The notes under the pieces were generated by a model. That model was not told the DNA's origin, ran no database searches, and worked only from the letters and a program-made list of their open reading frames with translations. Of a stretch of DNA of 64,000 nucleotides, positions 1-10,513 are shown piece by piece. Source of the stretch: an uncultured delta proteobacterium (GTDB lineage: Bacteria > Desulfobacterota > Syntrophobacteria > Syntrophobacterales > Syntrophobacteraceae); NCBI GenBank assembly GCA_963808625.1, contig CAWEHK010000021.1:105511-169510 (forward strand), in the 5' to 3' direction. Each line of letters begins with the position of its first letter. Within the stretch, counting starts at the first letter, position 1. A program made the position numbers and the translations under genes.

Positions 1-2
1 TC

Positions 3-329
3 GAGGCGGCGAAAGATAAACAGGGACTGCTCGAAGGCCGGATCATGGACTTGACACAAAAGCTCGGACGTTGTGAGATTATTGAGCCTTCCGTGGAGGA
101 AAACGGGCGCATCACGTTCGGCAGCACGGTTGTCATGGAAGATCTCGAAACCGGAGAAATCACTTCTTACCGACTGGTGGGTCCTTACGAGGCTGATGTT
201 CAGGCCGGGACCATATCGGTGACATCCCCTCTGGGAAAGGCTTTAATCGGCAAAGAAGAGGGTGAAGAGGTGCGGGTCCAGACGCCAAAAGGAATCCGGA
301 ACGTGGAGATTCTTGAGATTCAGCACTGA
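3..329 (+). CDS. greA: Transcription elongation factor GreA (5' truncated by window edge)
   Basis: EAAKDKQGLLEGRI...ITFGSTV...YRLVGPYEAD...ISVTSPLGKALIGK, GreA/GreB C-terminal signature. Confidence 0.93.
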   Translation, partial: EAAKDKQGLLEGRIMDLTQKLGRCEIIEPSVEENGRITFGSTVVMEDLETGEITSYRLVGPYEADVQAGTISVTSPLGKALIGKEEGEEVRVQTPKGIRNVEILEIQH

Positions 330-403
330 GGTCCTCGACCGCTCAGGCTAAAATCAACTTGACACATCGAGCGGTCGAGGAAATATAAAAGATCTTTTTA
401 CCA

Positions 404-477
404 TCCACGAAGGACACGAAGAGACACTAAGAAAATGACAAGAGCTTACTTTCGTGTGTCTTCGTGTCCTTCGTGGA
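404..477. repeat. Palindromic element of inverted 9/10-mer CACGAAG arrays (empty copy 1)
   Basis: tccacgaaggacacgaagagacactaag ... ctttcgtgtgtcttcgtgtccttcgtgga; same arms at 2379-2453 and at 31734/34986. Confidence 0.9.
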
Positions 478-510
478 TAAAGATTAAATTTCATCAGGAG
501 GTGCCATCCT

Positions 511-783
511 TTGGCCAATCACAAGTCAGCTATCAAACGCGCAAAGCAGAGTGAACTGCGCCGAGTTCGCAACCGTTCGCGAAGAACCCGCATGAAACAT
601 GTTATCAAGGGCCTCGAAGAAGCGCTTGCTGCCCGCAATCCCGAAATGGCGGAGAGTCGTTTGCGAGAGGCCGTCTCCGTGATCGACAAAACCGCAGGCA
701 AAGGTGTTATCCACAGAAACCATGCGGCGCGCAAGATCTCACGATTGACCCACAAGGTGAATGCCCTGGTGCCATCCGCTTAA
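511..783 (+). CDS. rpsT: 30S ribosomal protein S20
   Basis: MANHKSAIKR...KGVIHRNHAARKISRL; AGGAGG RBS, TTG start. Confidence 0.98.
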   Translation: MANHKSAIKRAKQSELRRVRNRSRRTRMKHVIKGLEEALAARNPEMAESRLREAVSVIDKTAGKGVIHRNHAARKISRLTHKVNALVPSA

Positions 784-799
784 CCACCGCGCTTCTCTC

Positions 800-1807
800 T
801 CAGAAGTTGTGTTGTTCGCGCCGGCACAAGTCCAGCACGAGTGCCTCCAGGTGCCGTTGAGGGCTCGTGCTCGTGCTCTTGAGGGCGAGGTCCGCCTCGC
901 GGATGGCGCGATGGACCCGGTAGAGCTCTGCTTCCGGGAACAAATCCGCCTGCTGCAGGTAGTTCCGAAGCACTGCGGGGTAGAGGTTTAAACTCCGGCC
1001 TAGTTCCGCCATGGGCATTTTTCGCTTTGCCCCGTCCTTGGCCTGCCACAGAATCCGAATCTGCCTCGCCAGCAGGGCCAAAATTACCAAGGGCTGTTCT
1101 CCGGCAAGGAGCAGCTTCCGCAAAGCCGCGATCGCCTCTTTCGTCTGGCCCTGCCCCACGTATCGCAGAAGTTCAAATACGGTAAAGGACCGCTGCGAAG
1201 AGATCGCCTCTCTCGCATCCTCCAATTCGATTTCTTCACGATCACCGACATAAGCCCCGAGCTTTTCCAATTCGCTCTGAAGGCGATAGAGCTCCACCCC
1301 CACCTGCTCAACCAGAAAAGAGGCCGCCTGCGGCGACAGCACTTTCCGGAGCTGCCGGGCCCTCATTTGCAGCCAACGGGGTGCGTCCCTTTCCGTGGGA
1401 GGACTGAAATGCACCACCTCGCCCACTGCCTCCACCGCAGCCTGAAGCTTCTCCAGGCCTTTTTTCTGGGTGCTGCTGAGGACCAGGCAAGCAGAAGGAA
1501 AGGGATGGGTCAAATAGGATTCGATCGCCCGGAACTGCTCCTTCGGCCACCCTTCAATATGCTGGACCAGGAGCAGCCGTTTGCTCCCAAACATGGGCAT
1601 GGCACTCAATCGCCCCAATACCTCCGGGGCCGGATGCTCCTTCGCCAACAACCGTTCGCCGTTGAACTGCCGGGCCTTGGCCGGGACGATTTTATCGAGC
1701 AAAAGGTCCCACGCTTCCTCCTTCAGCAAATCCCCTTCCCCCAGGAAGAGGTAGACGGGAGCGACGGCACCGGCGTCAAGATGATGGGTGAATTCGTCCG
1801 GATACAC
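800..1807 (-). CDS. holA: DNA polymerase III delta subunit
   Basis: PVYLFLGE, MPMFGSKRLLLV, ELEKL; conserved leuS-lptE-holA order. Confidence 0.92.
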   Translation of the reverse strand: MYPDEFTHHLDAGAVAPVYLFLGEGDLLKEEAWDLLLDKIVPAKARQFNGERLLAKEHPAPEVLGRLSAMPMFGSKRLLLVQHIEGWPKEQFRAIESYLTHPFPSACLVLSSTQKKGLEKLQAAVEAVGEVVHFSPPTERDAPRWLQMRARQLRKVLSPQAASFLVEQVGVELYRLQSELEKLGAYVGDREEIELEDAREAISSQRSFTVFELLRYVGQGQTKEAIAALRKLLLAGEQPLVILALLARQIRILWQAKDGAKRKMPMAELGRSLNLYPAVLRNYLQQADLFPEAELYRVHRAIREADLALKSTSTSPQRHLEALVLDLCRREQHNF

Positions 1808-1808
1808 G

Positions 1809-2327
1809 CTAAAAATTACTCAAAAAGCGGTCATGAATGCGGACCGACATTTCTCTCGCGAGATAATCGAGGGTCGCGCGCCGGTTGTCGAAGCTGATGT
1901 TGGGATCAGCATTCTGGAGGAAGACCTGATGGTAGGTGAACTGGGGGTCCTGCCACAGGACCTTACCGTCCCGTGAGTCCACACAGCGGATCTCGAGGGT
2001 TACATAGAGGCGGCTTTGAATCGTTTCTTCGGCTTCACGGTGAGCGACGGCCGAGGAATAGATGGTGGTGATGCGCCCGCGAAAAACGGCCTCGGCCTGG
2101 TCCACCGGCACCACTTGAAGCTGGCCTTTCGTGATAAACTGCCTCCGCAAAGCACCCGCAAAAATGCTTCCCAGATCGGGTTCGGAGGTGTTGTTCTCAA
2201 AGACCGGGATGGCCACACTGCGCAGACCGGGACGAGGCCCCGGTCCTTCCCCGGAAAAATGATAGCCGCACGAAATGGGAAGGACAGCCAGCATCAGCAG
2301 GAGGATGGCAATGCCCCTGTGCATCAT
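1809..2327 (-). CDS. lptE: LptE-family LPS assembly lipoprotein
   Basis: Lipobox ISCGYHF after a hydrophobic signal, VAIPVFENNT; between leuS and holA. Confidence 0.85.
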   Translation of the reverse strand: MMHRGIAILLLMLAVLPISCGYHFSGEGPGPRPGLRSVAIPVFENNTSEPDLGSIFAGALRRQFITKGQLQVVPVDQAEAVFRGRITTIYSSAVAHREAEETIQSRLYVTLEIRCVDSRDGKVLWQDPQFTYHQVFLQNADPNISFDNRRATLDYLAREMSVRIHDRFLSNF

Positions 2328-2378
2328 CTTCTTATGCTCGTTCGGTTTACGCTTTATCACAGCCGAAATTCTCTCTTT

Positions 2379-2453
2379 TCCACGAAGGACACGAAGAGAC
2401 ACGAAGTAGTTGTCGTTGTCATTCTTTCGTGTCTATTCGTGCTCATTCGTGGA
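2379..2453. repeat. Palindromic element of inverted CACGAAG arrays (empty copy 2)
   Basis: tccacgaaggacacgaagagacacgaag ... ttcgtgtctattcgtgctcattcgtgga. Confidence 0.9.
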
Positions 2454-2474
2454 TGAAGAAGCCGACAGCCTTTT

Positions 2475-4964
2475 TCACACCACGATGTTGACGAGCTTGT
2501 CCGGCACCACCACGATCTTCCTGATCGTCTTGCCGGCAATAAAATCCTGCGTCCGACCATCCTGGAGGGCCGCCTGCTCCACTTGCTCGCGGGTCGCCTC
2601 CGCCGAGACCATGATGCGGCTTCGCAGTTTGCCGTTCACCTGGACTACAATCAGCACTTCTTCAGCCTGCAGGGCTTCTTCGCTCCACTCGGGCCAGGGC
2701 GTCTTCACCACGCTTCCCGAATGTCCCAGAGCCTGCCAGAGCTCTTCCGCGATGTGGGGGACAATGGGCGAGACGAGTAAGATCATGGCCTCGACCGCGG
2801 CTTTCATGACCGGCCAGAAAGGGCCGTCCCGGGAAGGGAGCTCCAGCACCTGGTACATCTGGTTGACCAGTTCCATCACCGCGGCGATAGCGGTATTGAA
2901 GTGAAAGCGGTCGCCAATGTCCTCGGTTACTTTCTTGATGGTCTGATGGGTTTTGCGATGCAGATCGGCCAGGGGTTTTGGAAGCTCGGGGCCGTCCCGA
3001 TAGCTCTTTGCCGCCTGCAGGGGCTCCTGATTTTCCGCCACCAGCCGCCACATTCGAGACAGGAACCGGGAGGCCCCCTCCACGCCCTGATCGCTCCACT
3101 CGAGGTCCTTTTCCGGAGGGGCCGCAAAGAGGCAGAAGAGGCGCACGGTATCGGCGCCGTAAGTCTCAATCATTTCATCCGGATCAACCACATTTCCCTT
3201 GGATTTGCTCATCTTGGCGCCGTCCTTGATGACCATGCCCTGCGTGAGCAAATTCAGGAAGGGTTCGTCGGCATCCAGGTAGCCCAGATCGCGCAGGACC
3301 TTGGTGAAAAACCGGGCATACAGCAGGTGCAGCACGGCGTGCTCGATCCCGCCAATGTATTGATTGACCGGCATCCAGTAAGCGACTTTTCGGCGGTCGA
3401 GGGGGGCCTCATGAGACGAAGCGCAGGCAAAGCGGGCAAAATACCAGGACGATTCGACAAAGGTATCCATGGTGTCCGTTTCGCGCCGTGCCGGACCGCC
3501 GCATTGGGGGCAGGCGGTCTTGACAAAAGGTTCATAGACCGGAAGCGGCGACGCCCCGTTGGGGAGCAATTCCACGTCCGTCGGGAGGACCACGGGAAGG
3601 TCCTGTTCCGGGACCGGCACGACCCCGCAACGGTCGCAATAGATGATGGGAATGGGGGCGCCCCAGTAGCGCTGTCGCGAGATCCCCCAATCGCGAAGGC
3701 GGTACTGGATGGTCTCTTCGCCCTGGTTTCGCGCGGCCAGCGCCGCGGTGATCGCTTCGCGCCCCTGCGCCGAGGTCATCCCGTTGAAGGCGCCGGAATT
3801 GACGAGAACGCCGTCTTCTTCGTTGGCGGCGGCAAGCGGTTCGGCATGGGGTGAGGAGGCTTCGCCCTCGGGTACGATGACCACTTTGATTGGCAAGCCA
3901 TATTTCGTGGCGAATTCGAAGTCGCGCTGGTCGTGGGCCGGAACGGCCATGACCGCCCCGGTCCCATAGGCCATGAGGACAAAATTGGCCACATAGATCG
4001 GCATCTTCTCATTGGTCACCGGGTTGATGCAATAACTCCCGGTGAAGACCCCTTCCTTTTCCAACAGTTCCGCCTCGCGATCGCTGCGCTTGGCCTGCTT
4101 GGCTCTTTCCACAAAACGCCGCACCGCGTCTTCCTGAGGGGTCCCGCGGCAGAGTTTCTCGACCAAGGGGTGCTCGGGAGCCAGGCTCATGAACGTCGCC
4201 CCGAAAAGCGTATCGGCGCGGGTCGTGAACACCGTGATCCGGCCGTCTCCTGATTCCAGAGGAAAGAGGATCTTGCTGCCGTAACTCTTGCCGATCCAGT
4301 TCTGCTGCATGGTCAGCACCCGTTCCGGCCAGCCCGGCAACTTGTACGTGTAATCAAGAAGCTCTTCCACATACGCGGTAATTTTGAAGAACCACTGATC
4401 CATTTCCTTCTGAACGACCGGCTGGTCGCAGCGCCAGCAGACCCCCCCCTCGACCTGCTCGTTGGCGAGCACGGTATGGCAGGTATGACACCAATTGACA
4501 TAGGCACTGCGCCGGTAAGCCAGGCCCTGCTCGTACATCTTCAGAAAAAAAAGCTGCTCCCAGCGATAATAGGACACGTCACAGGTGGCGAATTCCCGCG
4601 ACCAGTCATAGGAAAATCCCAGTTTCTGCAACTGACTGCGCATGTAGTCGATGTTGTCGTAGGTCCATCTGGCCGGATGGGTATTCGCCTTGATCGCGGC
4701 GTTTTCGGCGGGCATGCCGAAGGCATCCCAACCCATCGGGTGCAGGACGTTGTAGCCCCGCATCATCAAAAAGCGGGCCACGACGTCGCCAATCGAGTAG
4801 TTGCGGACGTGTCCCATATGAATGCGGCCGGAGGGATAGGGGAACATCTCGAGCAGGTAATATTTCTCGCGGGCAGGGTCCTCACCGACCCGGAAAAGCT
4901 GCTCTCGTGCCCAGTGATCCTGCCATTTCTTTTCCATGCTTTTTGGTATATAGCGAGCGTCCAT
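2475..4964 (-). CDS. leuS: Leucine--tRNA ligase
   Basis: [30 protein letters not shown]; 829 aa. Confidence 0.99.
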   Translation of the reverse strand: MDARYIPKSMEKKWQDHWAREQLFRVGEDPAREKYYLLEMFPYPSGRIHMGHVRNYSIGDVVARFLMMRGYNVLHPMGWDAFGMPAENAAIKANTHPARWTYDNIDYMRSQLQKLGFSYDWSREFATCDVSYYRWEQLFFLKMYEQGLAYRRSAYVNWCHTCHTVLANEQVEGGVCWRCDQPVVQKEMDQWFFKITAYVEELLDYTYKLPGWPERVLTMQQNWIGKSYGSKILFPLESGDGRITVFTTRADTLFGATFMSLAPEHPLVEKLCRGTPQEDAVRRFVERAKQAKRSDREAELLEKEGVFTGSYCINPVTNEKMPIYVANFVLMAYGTGAVMAVPAHDQRDFEFATKYGLPIKVVIVPEGEASSPHAEPLAAANEEDGVLVNSGAFNGMTSAQGREAITAALAARNQGEETIQYRLRDWGISRQRYWGAPIPIIYCDRCGVVPVPEQDLPVVLPTDVELLPNGASPLPVYEPFVKTACPQCGGPARRETDTMDTFVESSWYFARFACASSHEAPLDRRKVAYWMPVNQYIGGIEHAVLHLLYARFFTKVLRDLGYLDADEPFLNLLTQGMVIKDGAKMSKSKGNVVDPDEMIETYGADTVRLFCLFAAPPEKDLEWSDQGVEGASRFLSRMWRLVAENQEPLQAAKSYRDGPELPKPLADLHRKTHQTIKKVTEDIGDRFHFNTAIAAVMELVNQMYQVLELPSRDGPFWPVMKAAVEAMILLVSPIVPHIAEELWQALGHSGSVVKTPWPEWSEEALQAEEVLIVVQVNGKLRSRIMVSAEATREQVEQAALQDGRTQDFIAGKTIRKIVVVPDKLVNIVV

Positions 4965-5401
4965 AGAACTCCTTAATGGTGGCGCGTCCCCTCACGCCTC
5001 CCGTTTGAACCGTAATGGATGAGAAGTTGCTTATTTTAACCGCGGAGAGCGCAGAGGTCACAGAGAGATTTCGCTCTGAAATTATCGCAATCGTGCAACG
5101 GCATCGCCGCAAGCGAACCAAATACTCTGCCTGACAAAAGCCTCGCGCGGAAGCCTCGAATTTGTAGCACATGCCCCTCCCTTTAGCAATATCGAGGCGA
5201 CGTTGCGTCAGGCATGGGCCGGCAACACGTTCGATTCCGTTGAAGCAGATCGGGGAAGCATCACGTCGGAGGGGTGAGTGTCGGGCGGACTGGAACGCGC
5301 GGGGTGTTGGTGGGCACGATCAAGCTGTGCTCTCCGGAACCGAGCAGGGACTTATGCCGGCAGGTAACGTCCCAATTGAGTAATTCCTTTTGGAGAGCTT
5401 A

Positions 5402-5479
5402 CCATCGACTGCATACCGGCACCGGCCGGTATGCAGTCGATGGCTCTTCTTGTTGGATTCCGGCTTTCGCCGGTATGAG
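5402..5479. repeat. Perfect 19-bp hairpin followed by a REP-like half site
   Basis: ccatcgactgcataccggc-accg-gccggtatgcagtcgatgg; then ggattccggctttcgccggtatgag, related to 60542-60600. Confidence 0.8.
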
Positions 5480-5601
5480 ATTGAGTTAGCGGCGAAATCG
5501 CTTAGATGAGGTAACAGGGCCCTTGAGAAGGGATGCCCGCGAGGGAGGAGAACAATCCCCTCCCTCTTCATTCCAGGTTGGCCGGTGAATCTATTTCATC
5601 G

Positions 5602-6804
5602 TTAACGTCTCGGCTTTTGATAGTACGGCTCGATTGGTATCCACCGGATATAGCCGTAGTCCGAAGTCTCCTTTCCGGAAGCTGTGCCCGCCGTTCCGTA
5701 CATGTCCGTGCCGGTGCGCATTCTCCCGGAGAGCACGCCGAGGAGCGGGGTGCTCTCGGCAGCACCACCACAACTGGCGCTGGAAAAGGCCTGCACGCGA
5801 AAACGTCCGGACGAGGTATGAAGGGTTTTCATCTGGAAGAACTTCTGGTTCCTGGGGCTTTTCAGATTTCCGAGCCAACTCTCATAGGCAGAGTTGGCAC
5901 ACTGGTAAAGGCCTGAGTACTTGACCTCGTTTTCGCTCCAGATGGTGTAAACTACTTTCGTGTAAAGGTTGACGGTGTCATTGGTCAGGTCCTCTTTGCA
6001 CGGCACCAGGGCGAGGTTGTTGAACGCCCACCCATCGGTCTTGGCTGGTCCGCTGGGTTCGGCAAGGAAGTCAAACGTCAGATATTTGGGGCAGGCATCG
6101 TAGGCCGCGTTGGACAGGCTGCAGTTATTGTCGCTGTAGTCTGGGCCGGGGCATTTAGATGGCGAAACTACAGTCGTTGGGCTGGCTTTCAGCCTCATCG
6201 TATTGTTGTCGTCTAATCCCTGGACCGTCCCCACCCAAAAACCGTCAGCAAAGGCGCCCGAGCTGTCGATCACATTGGCGGCGAAACGCCAGGCGCTGTA
6301 TTCCCAGCCACTCGTGGGCGCCGTGGTTACGTCTGTCAACATACTGTCGCTATTGACAATCATGGCAAATCCGCTGAGATGGTTCCAGGAGATTTGCTTG
6401 CGCCCGGTCGGATCGACCGCCCAGCATTTGAGCGCTCCGGTCTCACCCGCGCCAATCGGTCCGGCAACCGCGCGATCATCCAGACCCGAGCCGTCGCTGG
6501 CCCTGAAGACCGCGGGAGTGTTGGCCAAAAGATACATGCCAAAGGGAACCAGAAGGCCCTGACTCAAGGGATTGCTGCGCACATCTTTGATTTCCCAGTA
6601 ACACTGTACCTGAACATTGCTTGCAGCATTGTTGGAGATGATGATGTAGGTCTCGTTACCGTCGTTGGTCTGGATTTTGGGCCAGATCAAGATACTCCCT
6701 TCCTTCGTGGTGTCGGCACGGCCGTTAATCTGGGCCAGGCTCTGAGAACTTCCCACAACCATCAGGAAGGCCATGAAGAGAGTCACAAGCATACACTTTT
6801 TCAT
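5602..6804 (-). CDS. Secreted Cys-rich hypothetical protein (paralog A)
   Basis: GAGGAGG RBS, signal peptide MKKCMLVTLF...SLA; shares motifs with 6957-8051. Confidence 0.85.
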   Translation of the reverse strand: MKKCMLVTLFMAFLMVVGSSQSLAQINGRADTTKEGSILIWPKIQTNDGNETYIIISNNAASNVQVQCYWEIKDVRSNPLSQGLLVPFGMYLLANTPAVFRASDGSGLDDRAVAGPIGAGETGALKCWAVDPTGRKQISWNHLSGFAMIVNSDSMLTDVTTAPTSGWEYSAWRFAANVIDSSGAFADGFWVGTVQGLDDNNTMRLKASPTTVVSPSKCPGPDYSDNNCSLSNAAYDACPKYLTFDFLAEPSGPAKTDGWAFNNLALVPCKEDLTNDTVNLYTKVVYTIWSENEVKYSGLYQCANSAYESWLGNLKSPRNQKFFQMKTLHTSSGRFRVQAFSSASCGGAAESTPLLGVLSGRMRTGTDMYGTAGTASGKETSDYGYIRWIPIEPYYQKPRR

Positions 6805-6956
6805 ATTCTTTACCTCCTCGGTAGAAAGCACCCTGTGGCAGAAAACATCGTCCTGTGTTGCCGATCATCAATTGCGTCCCACATTTTGAAACCCGATTTC
6901 ACCCCGAAACCCATCGAGAGAACGGGTCAGGTCACACCTTTCTGGCATGGTATGAG

Positions 6957-8051
6957 CTAATTCCAGGTAATCGAGACGGCCTCGGAGGTGTATACATCAT
7001 TCGCATCTTTCAAATAAGCCTGACCAGGCCCGATAGCCGTCGGTGCTTCGCCGACATAAGGTCCGGTGGAGGAACCGAACTGTACGGACATGACGCCCAC
7101 CAGCGGCATCCCCACGCTTCCTGCGCACTTGGTGCTGTCTTGCTTGCCATGGATATAGATAGTGCCGCCCGGCGAGGCAAGATTGACGAACGGGTTGCCG
7201 CTGGGAGGGTTGTGCAGCTTGGAGCTGGTCAGAGGTTCGGAGAACCACTGGGTGGCAGAGGTGCCACATCCCACGCATATCCACGTACCCGAACTCGAAT
7301 TTCCATATTCATCACGGGTTTTCATTTCGGTGGAGACGATGTTGTTGGTGTTGCTTGCAAAGTTATCGCCACAAGTAACCAGGGTCAGAACGTTATTGAC
7401 CGTGCCTTTGGGATAGGGGTCCGAACCGCTTGGCGCCTGCTTCATGAAGTTGAACAAGAGCGCCGTCGGGCAGCTATCGTAGTTTCCTGAATCCCCCGAC
7501 AGCTGTAGCTTATACGCAGCGCCAGCATCAGCGCCGGTCGTCGATGAATTGACCGCAAACCGCCAGGCACTGTACTCCCACGCGGCGTTATTCGGTTCGT
7601 AAACGATCGCTTCCCCCGCCAGCCAGTTCCAGGCGATGCCGTTGGTCTCCGCATCGTTTACGGCCCAGCACTTCAAGGTCGCCGACTTGCCCGAGGCGAC
7701 TGCGGGAGGACTGCCCATGGCATTGAGAAAAGACTTACCGACACTTTTGCCGGTAGAAGCCACCCAGGATACCTGCTGGTTGGGCATGAGCGTAAAGACC
7801 CAGGAAGCATCTGAATACGGGAACGCGTAACGGTAGAAGCATTTTACTTTAACGCTCTGGTAGTAATCGTTGCTCAACTTTATGGTCGTGTTCGTGCTGG
7901 TTGCCGAGTTCACCTTGATCAGCGGCCAGACCAGCAGGCTCCCCTTCTTTGCGGTATCGGCGACGGTGCGATCAAGCTGGGCCAGACACGCAGTGCCAAA
8001 TAGCGACACGGCAACGATCGCGATAAAAACAATGAGCATGCACCTTTTCAT
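6957..8051 (-). CDS. Secreted Cys-rich hypothetical protein (paralog B)
   Basis: AAGGAG RBS, signal peptide MKRCMLIVF...CLA; shared KxGSxLxWPxI, LKCWAV, WEYSAWRFA, YDxCP. Confidence 0.85.
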   Translation of the reverse strand: MKRCMLIVFIAIVAVSLFGTACLAQLDRTVADTAKKGSLLVWPLIKVNSATSTNTTIKLSNDYYQSVKVKCFYRYAFPYSDASWVFTLMPNQQVSWVASTGKSVGKSFLNAMGSPPAVASGKSATLKCWAVNDAETNGIAWNWLAGEAIVYEPNNAAWEYSAWRFAVNSSTTGADAGAAYKLQLSGDSGNYDSCPTALLFNFMKQAPSGSDPYPKGTVNNVLTLVTCGDNFASNTNNIVSTEMKTRDEYGNSSSGTWICVGCGTSATQWFSEPLTSSKLHNPPSGNPFVNLASPGGTIYIHGKQDSTKCAGSVGMPLVGVMSVQFGSSTGPYVGEAPTAIGPGQAYLKDANDVYTSEAVSITWN

Positions 8052-8894
8052 ACTCTCTTCTCCTTGGGTTACAGTTGTCCACAGCGACAGCACTTACCTC
8101 CAATCAATCCTGGTGACCCGAATGCATGAAAAGATCCTTTCGCGTCAGCGACTCCTTCACCCCTCCTTTCGGTGCCTGAACAAACACCTCTTGCCCTGAT
8201 CAGGGTTCTCTCCAACATCACCTCGTTTCCGCATCTCTCAGCTGCCTGATACAAAGTACCTTACATAAGAGGGAACCCAGCAAACGGGGTCCCTTCGAAG
8301 CCGCTGATGGGAACCACGGGCCGATTAAAACCGCTTCAACCGGTACCGCAAGGGGCGGAACCCATAATGGTGAAGATTTTTGTCGTCAGGCGTGGGGTTC
8401 GAGGAGTTCTGCCAGGGTGGCAGTCGCTGCACGATGGGGGAGGCAAAGTCGCCAGGAGAGAGGGGGTCGTGCATTCGAACAGAAGAGTCATTCTGTCAAT
8501 CTCTGACAGATCCATAACACCAGCCCTCGACTGCATACAAGCCGAACAAAGAGCGGAACAGGTTAAGCATGTCCTTGGTTGAAAAAAATGTCGCCCCCCG
8601 TCGGGAGACGTTCGAACACGTCGCAACGGCGCACTCCGGCCCTAAGCTGCACCGCTTTTCAGCCGGTTACTCCTGCGTCCTCATTGACCAAAGCCGCTTG
8701 TGCTCAAGATAAAAGAGAAAGCTGTCTTTCAAAAAGCCGGGGACTCTTTTTATAGTTCACGAACCCCTACCACTATCTTGATGTTTTGTCAATATTTAGT
8801 GTGACGGCGTATAGATGTGTGCCCGAAGTCAGTTGGTCATGAAGGAGCACCGATCTGCCGGGTGCGAAGCCTCAGGGGCCTGGTCTGCACCTCT

Positions 8895-9620
8895 TCACCA
8901 GAGCCGGTCCGCATTGATCCGGGGCAAACCGAGCGCGAGGATCTTTGCTGCCGTCCCGGCAATGTCGTAGGGGAGAGAACGGACGGTGAGATGCCGGGAT
9001 TGCGTGTCCCAGATGAGGTACTTGGCACGGTTGTCGCCGTCTCTGGGCTGTCCCACGCTGCCCGCGTTGATCAGATATTTCCAGCCGTCCTCGAGCATAA
9101 ACTCCGCTTTGGCCAGGGGCATGTGCCCAATCCGTTGCCCGTCGAAGGCAACCAGTTCGAGATCGTGAGTATGGCCCACGAAACACAACTCTTGATCAAG
9201 TGATGACAGGACCCTCTTGACCTGCCTGTCCGAGACCTCGAAGAGGTACGTGGTGGCCGACTCGGGAGGGAAGCCGTGAACGAACAGGCAGCGCTCGATG
9301 GTTAGAGCAGGAGCCAGCTGATGGATGTAGGCAATGCTCTCAGGTGAAAGCAGTTCCCGATTGAGCTCGAGCGATCTCCGGGCGTGCCAGTTGAACCAGG
9401 AGCGGCAGGTAGGATCGATGATCCCCTGTTCGTGGTTTCCCCTAATCGAAAGGATGCAGCGTGCGCGAATGAGTTGGAGCACTTCCTCGGGTTCCGGGCC
9501 GTAGCCGATATTGTCGCCAAGGGAGACAATCTGGTCCACCTTGGAGCGATCAATATCCGCCAATACCTCGCGGAAGGCCTCGAGGTTGCTGTGAATATCG
9601 GAAACAATTGCGATGCGCAT
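8895..9620 (-). CDS. Calcineurin-like metallophosphoesterase
   Basis: SDIHSN, LGDNIGYG, GNHE, GHTH, NAGSVGQPRDGD. Confidence 0.95.
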   Translation of the reverse strand: MRIAIVSDIHSNLEAFREVLADIDRSKVDQIVSLGDNIGYGPEPEEVLQLIRARCILSIRGNHEQGIIDPTCRSWFNWHARRSLELNRELLSPESIAYIHQLAPALTIERCLFVHGFPPESATTYLFEVSDRQVKRVLSSLDQELCFVGHTHDLELVAFDGQRIGHMPLAKAEFMLEDGWKYLINAGSVGQPRDGDNRAKYLIWDTQSRHLTVRSLPYDIAGTAAKILALGLPRINADRLW

Positions 9621-9825
9621 GGGGCAATCCTGCATTGAGAAGAGGATTCGATCCCAAATTCTCTATTCCAATTTCTTGAAATGTCATCATCGTAGTATAG
9701 TATTGAAGTGCAACTCTTGCCATCGCGAGATGGCAACCAGGGTGCGCCCTTCTCAGCCGGGCGATGAACTGCAGGCAGTCAGCCATTTCCTTGCTATACT
9801 CGCTAAGGTTAGAAACCTGCTTTCT

Positions 9826-9882
9826 GGAGGAGCGGCACTTTGCCGCAACCTTGACAAAATCGCGCCGAAGAGGCGCACCTAC
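9826..9882. repeat. GTAG-type REP inverted doublet (REPIN-like)
   Basis: ggaggagcggcactttgccgcaa ... tcgcgccgaagaggcgcacctac. Confidence 0.65.
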
Positions 9883-9952
9883 AAAAAGGTGGTGGTTCTG
9901 GCACAAGGAAAGGACCCTGCCTTAATCAGCATAAATCTCTTCCGGGTGAACC

Positions 9953-10513
9953 ATGAAACCTTTAACCCTATTGCTGGCTGGGTGGAAAGCCCGCGCCACC
10001 GGCGGGCGCCCCCGAGAGCCATCTGCAAAAGTCCGAAAGCTAAGGTTTTCCCTGGTTGTTGTGGCAGTCTTTCTCGCGGGTTCGAACACGGTCCATTCCG
10101 GAGCTTTGCCGCCGCCTCCGCTCGTGGTGAGCCCGGCCCAACCGTCTTCCCAGGAACAAGAAAAAGCTTATGACCTGTACCGTCTGGCTCATGCTGTAAA
10201 TGGTCGGCTGAAATGGGACGGATGCCTTGCCCGGAAAGCCTTCCGGCGGGCGAAGAACCTGGTGGATGGTGGCACCTTTGCCCATAAGGATCCTCGAACC
10301 GGCAAGAACCCGGCCTGGGAAATGGTGGTTCAGTGTAAGAAATATCGATATGCAGGGGAGAACCTGGCAAAAGGGGACCAATCGGCGGAAGCGATCCATC
10401 GAGCCCTGATGCAGAGCCCTGCCCACCGTGCCAACATTATCAAACCAGCGTACCGATATCTCGGTGTTGGCTGCTGCCATAATGTATGCGTGCAGCTCTT
10501 TGCCGGGTTTTGA
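9953..10513 (+). CDS. CAP/SCP-domain secreted protein (start uncertain)
   Basis: FAH, YAGENLA, LMQSPAHRANII, YLGVG, VQLF motifs. Confidence 0.88.
   Translation: MKPLTLLLAGWKARATGGRPREPSAKVRKLRFSLVVVAVFLAGSNTVHSGALPPPPLVVSPAQPSSQEQEKAYDLYRLAHAVNGRLKWDGCLARKAFRRAKNLVDGGTFAHKDPRTGKNPAWEMVVQCKKYRYAGENLAKGDQSAEAIHRALMQSPAHRANIIKPAYRYLGVGCCHNVCVQLFAGF

Noticed and set aside
332..381. Perfect 13-bp inverted repeat after greA enclosing TTGACA as a terminator or promoter switch
   Set aside because: The loop is 24 nt, there is no U-tract and the -10 spacing is poor; no function can be supported.
5602..8051. Diversity-generating retroelement acting on the paralog pair
   Set aside because: No reverse transcriptase and no near-identical repeat pair differing at adenines was seen.
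8336..8626. ORF with CSDCH as a cytochrome c
   Set aside because: No signal peptide, weak start and low-information sequence; probably chance.
8600..8700. Possible c-di-GMP riboswitch upstream of the secreted paralogs
   Set aside because: Only scattered resemblance; no proper GNRA-capped P1 or consensus on the strand facing the genes.
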